Shown: in pieces, positions 1 through 11,050 of the stretch | How the letters are laid out: every line of letters begins with the position of its first letter | How positions within the stretch are numbered: the stretch's first letter is position 1 | DNA from: Paraspadella gotoi | Taxonomy: Eukaryota; Animalia; Chaetognatha | Direction of reading: 5' to 3' | Length of the DNA: 64,000 nucleotides | Assembly: GCA_051294375.1 (NCBI GenBank) | Contig: CM119265.1 | Coordinates: 25,054,725 to 25,118,724 of the forward strand | Notes under the pieces: model-generated | Told to the model about the DNA's origin: nothing | The model's database searches: none | What the model saw: the letters and a program-made list of their open reading frames with translations, nothing else | Position numbers and translations under genes: made by a program

Positions 1-924
1 CGAGGTAAAGAGGAAGAGGAGGAGGATAACGTGTAAAAGCAGTAGGAGAAGGAAGAGAAGCAGGAAAAAGAAAAACAAAGGGAAGAATANNNNNNNNNNA
101 AAAAAAAAATTGGCGATTTAAAAAAGTGTGAAACCGAAACAGAAAGTTCATTTCGGGGGGAAAAAAAAACTTTTGTTGGCTTTTCCGAATATTTATGTTT
201 TGGTTACTTTATTTTTAAAAAAGTTACTATGTTAAACTCTAACGATATAAAATCTCGCGTTTAATCAATCCATTAATTAAACATTTTAAACATTTTTAGT
301 AAGAATTTTATAAATGAAATAAACTTCATTTCAACTAGGACGAAAATGCTTGCTGATTTCTTTCTTTATCTTCTCTTCAAATTGAATAAAGAATCTGACG
401 GATCAGCGATTCGCTCGGGCGGTTTGATGGCGACGCCCGGACTTTGCTGACGCGTTGCTAAGGCGTTACTAGGGCGTTGATAGGGCGTTGCCAAGGGCGT
501 TGTTAAGTTGTCGTATAGTGGAGTCCGCTTAGCGAGGGCCATCCAATTGCAAAGGTGGAAAAATTTATATTCACGTGGAATAAATGTGCAAAAAATGTTT
601 CGTGACAGTTTTTTTCTTTGATTTGCAAAGGTTCACTTTCCGCGGGTACGAAAACAAATACAAAAACAAAAGTCATTGGTAAAAATTATTTTAAATGCGG
701 TTAATTAAAAAAATGATCAAATTAGTAGGATAAACATCGAAACAGCAATAATTCATTTAGGATACATATAGTATACGTCGTATATACTAAAAAGAAATCA
801 GATTATTTTTTTCGACATTTTATGATACTAAAATAAATTTAAAAAAAGTACTTCTACACCTTAGCTTTGATGTCGGTTACCCTAAAAAACCTATGGTGGA
901 CTAAAATCGACCAACCGTTTATCA

Positions 925-997
925 GCGACCATTGGTGCCGGAGGCAAGTCATTCGCCTCCCAACCAAAAGGTCCTGGGTTCTAGCCTGGTGGCCGCC
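925..997 (+). mobile_element. tRNA-derived (Gly-like) SINE head or tRNA pseudogene
   Basis: The ends GCGACCA/TGGCCGC pair as an acceptor stem with one mismatch. There is an A-box-like TGGTGCCGGAGG and a T-arm/B-box-like GGTCCTGGGTTCTAGCCTGG. The loop reads CTCCCAA, but the anticodon stem does not pair. Confidence 0.45.
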
Positions 998-3450
998 TTG
1001 CAGTTAAAAGGGACGGGGCGCTTAACCCGCCTGTAACACGGTTTTACAGCCTGATCCGTCACTAACTCATAACAATAATTACTGTCTCTTCAAACCCATC
1101 GTATCAAAATGATAATCATTATTCGATGTTGAAGACTCGTATTTGAGTCGAAACATGTCCTTTTCCTATTAAAATAAAAACAAATTCTTTTTGCTAAAAT
1201 GATAATGAAAATTGTTAACAAAAACAATATTGAGTGCCTTGATGAAAAAATTAAATAATTAAATAAAGAGGAATTAATTAATTAATTTATATTCATACTG
1301 AATTGTGCAAAAATAAAAGAAAAGTAAAAGTTATACATGTGTAAATTAAAAAAAAACATGCTGAGAAGAGGTTTTTTTTTACTAATTAATGTAGCTAAAC
1401 GTTTGCATCAGGCATGACCATACCATTTATAACTTGATTTTCAATATTGTGGGTTTCTCTCGAACGATGACGTTGCTATGGTTTTACGTACCATCCCTCC
1501 GACTGGCACTAAAAGAAACTTGTCCTTAAGCATTTCTTAAATTAACTATTAAACTAAGCAACGACTCAATTACCATTCGAGCCTGAAATACGGTGCCCAG
1601 ACGTCGGTGCATTCGCCGCTTATTTGCAGTGCCTCTTAAAGTCAGCGCGTTTGTCGAGCCGCTCATTTGCGGTCCCTCTTAGATCCGGTGCCATTAGAAA
1701 AACCCCTGCGCTGTGATTTTATTGTTGCGCTCTTACTCCGCTCGGCGGGAAGCAGCGAAATTACTGTTTATCCGTCAAGGAGATCGATNNNNNNNNNNNN
1801 NNNNNNNNNNNNNNNNNNNNNNNNNNNNNNNNNNNNNNNNNNNNNNNNNNNNNNNNNNNNNNNNNNNNNNNNNNNNNNNNNNNNNNNNNNNNNNNNNNNN
1901 NNNNNNNNNNNNNNNNNNNNNNNNNNNNNNNNNNNNNNNNNNNNNNNNNNNNNNNNNNNNNNNNNNNNNNNNNNNNNNNNNNNNNNNNNNNNNNNNNNNN
2001 NNNNNNNNNNNNNNNNNNNNNNNNNNNNNNNNNNNNNNNNNNNNNNNNNNNNNNNNNNNNNNNNNNNNNNNNNNNNNNNNNNNNNNNNNNNNNNNNNNNN
2101 NNNNNNNNNNNNNNNNNNNNNNNNNNNNNNNNNNNNNNNNNNNNNNNNNNNNNNNNNNNNNNNNNNNNNNNNNNNNNNNNNNNNNNNNNNNNNNNNNNNN
2201 NNNNNNNNNNNNNNNNNNNNNNNNNNNNNNNNNNNNNNNNNNNNNNNNNNNNNNNNNNNNNNNNNNNNNNNNNNNNNNNNNNNNNNNNNNNNNNNNNNNN
2301 NNNNNNNNNNNNNNNNNNNNNNNNNNNNNNNNNNNNNNNNNNNNNNNNNNNNNNNNNNNNNNNNNNNNNNNNNNNNNNNNNNNNNNNNNNNNNNNNNNNN
2401 NNNNNNNNNNNNNNNNNNNNNNNGAGAGAGAGAGAGAGAAAAGAGAGAGAGCTATACACTATTTATAAAGAACAAAAGAGAAAGAAAGAAATGTTTAACG
2501 GGAGAACCGGAGATACTTTAAAGCAAAAGAAAAAAAAAGCGAGAGAGCGACTACACTTAAATGTAGTACCATAAAGAGAAAGGGAGAGAAAAGCGAAACG
2601 GCCCGGCCTGTACGATTCATTAGCGGTTGGACTCTCCAACTATTTTGCGCATAATTTTCACATTTTCATGCATTCAAATTATGATTTTTTTTCTCGACGT
2701 CGTCCGAGATTTTTTCTTCTCCTGGTCGCGCGGGAATTTGAGGTTTAAGCGAGAAAATGTTTAGTTTATATAAAATGTGGCAAATTAAATAATTTTTGTA
2801 TGATTAATTGAATAGTATAATCCATGCAAATGAAAGTTTTCATTTCGGGACTGAGGTACGAGTAACTTTAGGTGTCACAAACACGATTTCTCTATATGTC
2901 TCACTGTCTTTCTCTGTTCTCTATTCTTTCTCTCTCTCTCTTTCTCTCTCTCTCTCNNNNNNNNNNNNNNNNNNNNNNNNNNNNNNNNNNNNNNNNNNNN
3001 NNNNNNNNNNNNNNNNNNNNNNNNNNNNNNNNNNNNNNNNNNNNNNNNNNNNNNNNNNNNNNNNNNNNNNNNNNNNNNNNNNNNNNNNNNNNNNNNNNNN
3101 NNNNNNNNNNNNNNNNNNNNNNNNNNNNNNNNNNNNNNNNNNNNTTTGTTGTTGTTGTTATTATTGTTTTTTCAAAGGCGTGTTTCTCCATATATAACTC
3201 TTCTTCATATATGTTTTTTTCTTCTTTTTTTTCCTTCATATGTTTTTGTTGTCGTTGGTTCTGTCAAGGTTGTTCTTTCGTTACGGTTGGTTACTTCCTC
3301 TTTTCCCGCCAGGATCGTTGGGTAGAGGGGCGAGGTTGTGCGAGTCTTTCGTTTGTTTGTGTTTTTATTGTCCCTTTTGAAAAAAAAACGTGTTTTCAGA
3401 CGGTAAATTATCCTTGTTTTCATATTTTATCACAATCAGTGTCTTATTTT

Positions 3451-3565
<115 letters not shown>

Positions 3566-3799
3566 TCCATCTCATCGTCGGAGTTGTTATTCATCACATC
3601 CCTGTCTTCATTTCACTCCTCTCGGTCCTTACCTTTCACTAGAGATCGAATTTCACTTCACTTCCTCACAACATCAAATTCTCTCCATCACGAATCCATC
3701 AGTAATTAAAAACTGAAACGGGTCTCATAATCCTTGTTCGGTATTCTTCCTTTTAATTGAGGCAATTTTCACGAAAGATTAGGCCTGCTCACACCACTG

Positions 3800-4000
3800 C
3801 ATTTCACCCTTCACAATTCAATTTTCACAGTTCACACCAAACACTTCACATTTCACCATTCACAGTTCACACAAATACCTTCACATTTAACCTATCACAG
3901 TTTACACAAAACCCTTCACATTTCATCTTTCACTGTTCACATATAACCCTTCACATTTCACCTTTCACAGTTCATATAAAACCCTTCACATTTCACATTT
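3800..4000. repeat. ~35-bp minisatellite built from TTCAC subunits
   Basis: About 5-6 copies of an acccttcacatttcacctttcacagttcacataaa-like unit. Confidence 0.7.
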
Positions 4001-6127
4001 TTTCCTAATTTTCTTTCTCATTTTATTTTACCTCATCATACTTCTGAATTTTTTCTTCCTTTTTCCCCATCACCTTAATTCCTTCTTTTCTTCCGCAACC
4101 TTTTAACCCATCTCGTACTTCATCACCTCTCACCCCATCACTCTCCATCATTCTTCTCACTCCATCAATCCACGTCGCCATTTTGTTTTCTCTCTCTTGT
4201 TTTTGGTTTTCTTTTTTTTTTTTTTGTTAAGACGACGACGACGACGACGATGACGACGATGAAGAAGAAGACGGATGTTCTGAATTCGACGACGACAACG
4301 ACGACGACGGCGACGACAACGACGACGACGACGAAGACGACGACGTTTTCTATAATACGAAATTTAGATTCATACGTAAATGAGAATTAAATAATATATT
4401 GCCAATGCTGCTTAAAAGTTAACACCATACACTAAAGAATATATTTACTGGGAAACAGGTAAACTGACTTCTCTTTATTTCTGCATCGCAGACGCCGATT
4501 GGTGCAAAAAAAANNNNNNNNNNNNNNNNNNNNNNNNNNNNNNNNNNNNNNNNNNNNNNNNNNNNNNNNNNNNNNNNNNNNNNNNNNNNNNNNNNNNNNN
4601 NNNNNNNNNNNNNNNNNNNNNNNNNNNNNNNNNNNNNNNNNNNNNNNNNNNNNNNNNNNNNNNNNNNNNNNNNNNNNNNNNNNNNNNNNNNNNNNNNNNN
4701 NNNNNNNNNNNNNNNNNNNNNNNNNNNNNNNGGAATTTTGAAAAAAATTATGTTGAATCTATTTTTTTTTTATATTTTCGAATTCCGATGAGACAAAACA
4801 GAAAAGATGACGTCAATGACAACAACAACAACGACGACGACGACAACATTAACAACGATAGAGATTTCGAGATTCGACATTGACTCTTTCTGTCATGAGG
4901 TCGATTCTGAAGAACAGCTTCGTTTTTATTTAAGTCCTTACCTCTGTTACTGAAAGAAAGANNNNNNNNNNNNNNNNNNNNNNNNNNNNNNNNNNNNNNN
5001 NNNNNNNNNNNNNNNNNNNNNNNNNNNNNNNNNNNNNNNNNNNNNNNNNNNNNNNNNNNNNNNNNNNNNNNNNNNNNNNNNNNNNNNNNNNNNNNNNNNN
5101 NNNNNNNNNNNNNNNNNNNNNNNNNNNNNNNNNNNNNNNNNNNNNNNNTGAGCGTTCATCACAGACGCAGAAACGAGTTGCGAGGCGCCGAGTGAAAACA
5201 ATTTTTTTTTCTCTCCCCGATTTTTCTTTTTTTTTATTTATAAAAAGTAAGAATCCATTTCCTCCTGTTAATCTCCTCTTTTCCTCCCTCCCTCATTCCT
5301 TTCCTCCTCTTAGTCTCCTTTCCTCCTTACTTCTTTCCATTCCTCCTCTTTAACTCCTCCTTTCCTTCCTGCCTTTTACTTTCCTCTCTTCATCCCTTCC
5401 CACGCCATTCTCTTATTCTCCCTTCCTATTTTTCTGCCGCTCATCTCTTTTTTTCTTGCCTTCTATCTCTTTTAAAATTCCCCTTATAAATCTACTCCTC
5501 GCTTCCCTCGACCCGAAATGATTTCTTTTCTTTTTTAAGCCACAACTTAAGACGGTTAAGGATATTTTCACAAGTCTCTAAAAAGATTTGTACATAGTTC
5601 TAAAAATCATTATTATATAATTAACATTATCCCAAACATATTTCTCTTTTGGGGCAAATTTAGAAAGACTGCGCTTTGACTGAATGAAATCTGTTTTTTG
5701 TTGATCGTTTATCACACAACCGCGATGAGTTAAGACTGATGGTTTTGCTAACAATTATCAAGACTAAAAAAAATTGCCTTAGTCTTCCCAAGAGAGAAAA
5801 ATACCCTGCGTGGAATTTATATTAATGATTAAAATCTGGCAAAATATTTTGACAAAAGATAAAATATTTTGCTAAAATGACAAATTGGGAAAAACGAAAA
5901 TTTGGTTGAAAAGTAGACGATGGAAGAAGAATTGCAAATGCGATACACATTACACATTACGCATTATACAATTCACTCTGCGTATTACACAGTATTAGTT
6001 ACACATGAAAAAAAAAGAAAAGAACGAAAGGAATAAAGGAAGAAGAAAGGAAGGAATAATTTAATTATTTAAAATCAATTAATTGAACAAACCAGTAAGA
6101 AAGGTAAATTCAAAACCTGTTCCGTAG

Positions 6128-6190
6128 AGTGACGTAGATTCTTTCGACCAATCGAAGATCCACGAGTCCTCGATAATAGCCAATCAGCGC
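6128..6190 (+). promoter_or_regulatory. Candidate promoter of the kinase-KEN gene (TGACGT plus two CCAAT boxes)
   Basis: TGACGTA at about 6130 and CCAAT at 6148 and 6181, in a CpG-rich patch about 500 bp upstream of the ATG at 6703. Confidence 0.35.
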
Positions 6191-6570
6191 TCGAAGTTTT
6201 TCCTACAAGTTCGATCGCCAAAACTGAATCAGTCAGTCTCAAAAATCCGGGAGTCGAAAAAGTCGTCCGACCAGCATAAAATTTTACGACGAATTAAAAG
6301 TTACCGTAAATCGTAAACTAATAAAGTAATAAATCGACTAATTCGCGTAATTTTATTTACAAAAAGTGGGAAAAAATAATGAGAGGAAAAAAAAGAACAA
6401 ATTCCTTCGAAAATTCTGCATCAAAATGGAGAAATTCACTTGGGCCTTGGGCATTGGCATGGGCATTGGGCATTGGGCATTGGCATCAACGCAATGAACT
6501 TCGTGGAACAGATGATGACGCCTTAAACGTTGAAAATTCGCGGGAGATAAACGCGACCACAACAGCGAAT

Positions 6571-6657
<87 letters not shown>

Positions 6658-6702
6658 GTTCTCTCTCTCTCTCTCTCTCTCTCCACCCCCCCCATCATAA
6701 CC

Positions 6703-9700
6703 ATGGTCTGGCAACTCGACGTGGACGAAACCGTCCGCCTGGACGCCCATCGGATCGACCGCAACTCCCCAACGGTCCACCCCGGACGCCTTCGAGACGT
6801 CGCCCTCAATTCGGTCGTCGACGTCGCCGTCAAGAAGATCTACGTGGGGGCGTCGATGGAGGAGAAGGCGAAAGTGGCGAAGGAGGCCGTCGTCATGCGA
6901 GGAGCGGGAGAACATCCCAACATTCTCAAACTCTTGGATTACAGGTTTTGGGTCGAGTGTCTCTTTCTCTCTTCGTCTATTTGTCCAATAGTCTGCTTGT
7001 TTTTCTGTTTGTTTAATTTTTGTTTGTATATCTTTTTGTTTGTCTATTTTTCTCACTCCTTGTCTGTCAGTTTGTCTATTCATGTCTGTAGGCCTGTTTA
7101 TTTGTCTGTTTTCTCTATACCTTTAAGCTTTATCTTTCTGTCTCGTTGTGTCTGCCTCTTTTTATGTTACTCTTTAAAAAAAAATCAGATCGAAGTCAAT
7201 CAATCAATCAACCGCATCCCCTTTCTTTCCCATCATGAATCCTCCAGAGAGTTGGAGCGCGAAGTCTACGTGATCACGGAGAAGTGTCTTTGCACCTTTG
7301 AAGACATCTTCGCCGGGGAGTTCGAGGAAGTGAGGAACGAAATCGTGGAGACGCTGGGGAAGATTAAGATCGCCTCTCACATCCTCGACGGGGTGTGCCA
7401 CCTCCACTCCATCGTCAAGGGTGAGAAAAAAAAGAGGGAATGGGCTCGTCCGGGAGTCGAACCCGGGACCTCTCGCACCCTAAGCGAGAATCATACCACT
7501 AGACCAACGAGCCAATTGCATATGCTTCGAGAATTTTTGGGTTTAAGAAACAGCTCTGTGTAAAACTGTTTAAAAATACACAGAAAAGGTGTATAAATAA
7601 GATAAATAAAATACATAAGAGTGATCACAGGGATAGGAGAGAAAATATGAAGAGGGGCTCGTCCGGGAGTCGAACCCGGGACCTCTCGCACCCAAAGCGA
7701 GAATCATACCACTAGACCAACGAGCCAATTGAGTATGTTTAGAAATTTTTTTGGTTTAAGAAACAACTCTGTTTAAAACTGCTTTAAAATACACAAAAAA
7801 TGTAACATATAAGAGTTATCACAGGTACAGGAGAGAAGACGTGAAGAAGGGGCTCGTCCGGGAGTCGAACCCGGGACCTCTCGCACCCAAAGCGAGAATC
7901 ATACCACTAGACCAACGAGCCAATTGTGTACAATTAGAAAATTTGTTGGTTTAAAAAACAACTCTGTGTAAAACTGCTTTAAAATACACAAAATATGTAA
8001 TATATAAGAGTTATCACAGGTATAGGAGAGATGACATGAAGAAAGGGCTCATCCGGGAGTCGAACCCGGGACCTCTCGCACCCAAAGCGAGAATCATACC
8101 ACTAGACCAACGAGCCAATTGTGTATGATTAGAAAATTTGTTGGTTTAAAAAACAACTCTGTGTAAAACTGCTTTAAAATACACAAAAATGTAATATATA
8201 AGAGTTATCACAGGTATAGGAGAGAAGACGTGAAGAAGGGGCTCGTCCGGGAGTCGAACCCGGGACCTCTCGCACCCAAAGCAAGAATCATACCACTAGA
8301 CCAACGAGCCAGCCGACACTAAATAATTAAATATAGAAAATAAAAAGAGGGAAAATGCCGGAAAAAGAAAAATCCAAACAAAAACAAAACTAAAAAAACT
8401 ACCTAACCCCCTCCTTCCCCCCGGGTGGGGGGCGCAGGTCACGAAACGGTCCATCGCGACATCAAAGCCGGCAACATCTTCGTCCACCGCGACGAACGCC
8501 TCAACTTCGTCGTCAAAATCGGAGACTTTGGAATCTCGAAGGCGATAGACGTTGGACGAGGGAAGACGACCACCAATCCCTTGCAGGGGACCCAGGTTGG
8601 GATTGAAAGGAGGGAAATGCAGACTGACGGACAGATTGACAACTTTGACACATTCTGGACGGAGCTGTCTTCCTTTTACGCTTTCTGTTTAACTTTCTTG
8701 ATATTTTTTTAGATTTTTAATGAATGACTCCCTAACAAGAATATATTCGTAGTAATTTAATTGAAAACATTAATTAATCTTGGGTTGTAGAGATGATTCC
8801 GTTTTATCCAGAAAAAAAGACTAACCTCCCTCGCGGAAAGACCGTTCGCATTCCTTGTCACCCTTTCTTAGCCACAGAGACGGAAAGACTGACATGCCGA
8901 CAGACAGACATATAAACACAGAAGACAGGCAAAGACAGGTATATTTTTGCTTGTACCTAGATCAAAAAACTTTAAATCCAAGCTTTTTTCCTCTAGAAAC
9001 AATATTCTAAATATCTTGTCAGCTTATTGTTGAATTATTTTCCTTTTTCTTTTTTTTCTTTTTTTCTCGTTCTGTTAATTTAAATATTTATATTTTGTTG
9101 AATTGTAAACTGTACAATTTATCTGTAATGCTGTATGCCCTTTTGAATGTACTGTTTCAACTAATTGTTGTAAACGAATAAAACACATATATATTACAAA
9201 CAGACAACAGACAGATAGATTATCCGACGGATAAAAAGACTAACCAACAGCTTGACTAAGACAGACAGACCGACAGATCCCCAAAATCCATCGTCTCTCT
9301 CCCCCTCTCCAAAGTCCTACATGGCGCCGGAACTCTTTCGGAACTTCGCCGCCGGTCACGTGACTCTCGAAGAGGCCAAGATGGCCGACGTTTACGCCGT
9401 CGGCATCATCGTCGGCCAAATATTCGCCGACGGGAAACATCCGTTTGGCGGGAAAGACGTTTTGTACACGCAGCTGAATATGAGAGAAGATAAGAGAGAT
9501 CCGATGGAGGTAAGATGGAGGGGAAGTTGCTGATTGGCCGGTCGTTCGTCGAAGGAGCCAATCAGAAAAGGGAGACGAAAGACGAGAGAAAACGAATTTG
9601 GGGACTCAAAGTTTGGACTCTCTCAATTTTAATTCTATTGTTTTAAATGGGACTGACTTATTCGGGACCATGATAAAAGGCTTACATTTCTCTTATGTTC

Positions 9701-10908
9701 TCAATCTTTTCGCGACAATTTGATGTTCTCCAACCCCGACTTCTCCGTCCCTCCTTCTCAGTCCCATCCCACGACGAGCGTTCACAAAATCTCGTCTACA
9801 CAATTTAGACGCGAAGTTCGACCGGCCCATATCGGCCCACGGCGCCGGAGGCACGCTTGCACCCCTGCTCTCAATGGGTGGCGGAATGGAGGGCGCGGAT
9901 TTGTTACAAGGTCAAGGCGGGGGGCGCTTTGATGATGCGGAATCTTTGTTTATATTTCTATCTATTATTGTCATCCCTCACACTTCCTAACCCCATATTT
10001 CCGCCAAACATCGTCGCACTTCCCCCATACTTTCCTCCAACCACACTTCCCCGCCCCATCCCACACACAAAGGACGTCCACGCGGCGTCTGAAACGAAAA
10101 AGCCTGCGCCTACCGTGAACAGAACGTACGTCGGCGCTGGAATCGAACTGCCGAGATTTCTCTCTCGCTCAAAATTGAACTATGAGATTTCACGAGACAT
10201 TTTCGATCGAGTCAACAAATGTCAATTGAGATTTCTTGAAGAACACTGGAAGGAGGTTTGGATACCAGGTCGAAGGGAGGAGGCGGGAGAGAGGAAGGGG
10301 AGGCGGGAGAGAGAAGGGAGGGGAGACGGTGAGGGGGAGAGGGAGGGGGAGAGAGAGTGAAAAAGACTAAGGGGCGCGGGAAGGTTCAAAGATGTGCGCT
10401 GCTATAAATGCGCGTATGATAATAAATTATAATTCAATATAAATAATATATTAATAGCTCGAATACGCCTGATGAAATTCCATAAAAGAGCAAGGAAATA
10501 GTTTGGATTTGGTTTATTATTTTACTATTGCTATTTTAATATTCAATTGTTAATTAGGTTTTGTTTTTTAACGATTTATTTGCACCATCTTTCGGCTTTT
10601 TAAAAGCCAATTCAATGTCAATCTTTGTTTAATATTATTTGGTTTATTTTAGTCACTCGTAATTTGATAAATTCTTCCATCCATCCATCCCTTCAACTTC
10701 TCCCAAACAGGTCCACCTCGTCAAAGGTCTCCTCGCCTTCTACCGCAACTTGGAGACCCACAAGGCGGACTACTCTCAGCTGATGACCAAACACTTCATG
10801 ACCCCAACTCCTCGTCGAGATGCGCTCCTCGAATACTTCGACCAGAGGTTCCCTCTTTTCTTCATGCACGTCTACGGGTTCGCCGTCGAACACTTTCCGT
10901 CCGTGCAA
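6703..10908 (+). CDS. IRE1/RNase L-like protein kinase plus KEN endoribonuclease, 7 exons; 3' end open (stop at 11004 if unspliced, or spliced on to 12681)
   Basis: GT-AG exons: 6703-6944, 7248-7420, 8438-8595, 9315-9509, 9762-9910, 10073-10255, 10711-10908. Kinase motifs: VAVKK, HPNIL, VITEKC, HRDIKAGN, KIGDFGISK, YMAPE, ADVYAVG, GKHPFG. KEN motifs: GLLAFYRNLETH and YFDQRFPLFFMHVY. Splice phases are consistent except exon 5, which is 149 nt and needs an indel. The start context is AACCATGG. Confidence 0.85.
7442..7513 (-). tRNA. trnP: tRNA-Pro (AGG), copy 1 of intronic array
   Basis: Reverse complement GGCTCGTTGGTCTAGTGGTATGATTCTCGCTTAGGGTGCGAGAGGTCCCGGGTTCGACTCCCGGACGAGCCC, 72 nt with a full cloverleaf. 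A T8 terminator follows just downstream. Confidence 0.97.
7655..7726 (-). tRNA. trnP: tRNA-Pro (TGG), copy 2
   Basis: Same 72-nt body with anticodon loop TTTGGGT. Confidence 0.97.
7850..7921 (-). tRNA. trnP: tRNA-Pro (TGG), copy 3
   Basis: Identical to copy 2. Confidence 0.97.
8045..8116 (-). tRNA. trnP: tRNA-Pro (TGG), copy 4
   Basis: One C>T change in the 3' acceptor strand gives a G-U wobble. Confidence 0.92.
8239..8310 (-). tRNA. trnP: tRNA-Pro (TGG), copy 5
   Basis: One C>T change in the anticodon stem gives a U-G wobble. The 5' flank differs from copies 1-4. Confidence 0.9.
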
Positions 10909-10974
10909 GTATTTTTTTTTAAGATTATTTATCTATCATTATTTGTACAACGTAATAAAATACGGATGAAAATA

Positions 10975-11050
10975 TGTCATGTCATCAAAGGGAAATACAC
11001 GTGAAAATAAAGTCACTGCGGCGCAGCACATTGGAATTACCGTTCTTGTC
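10975..11050 (+). mobile_element. 3' fragment of the Helentron/DINE-like non-autonomous element
   Basis: atgtcatgtcat...aaatacacgtgaaaataaagtcactgcggcgcagcac...ttcttgt matches 46249-46298 and the 3' end of 25672-25963. Confidence 0.55.

Noticed and set aside
6379-6702. In-frame N-terminal extension of the kinase
   Set aside because: It runs through GGCATT and (CT)n repeats with no domain signal. The ATG at 6703 has the better context.
7442-8310. CRISPR-like repeat-spacer pattern
   Set aside because: The repeats are 72-nt tRNA genes and the spacers are homologous to each other.
9762-9910. XBP1-style unconventional intron (removing 23 or 26 nt would restore the frame)
   Set aside because: No pair of CNGCAG-type stem-loops is visible, and the pattern looks like several small indels.
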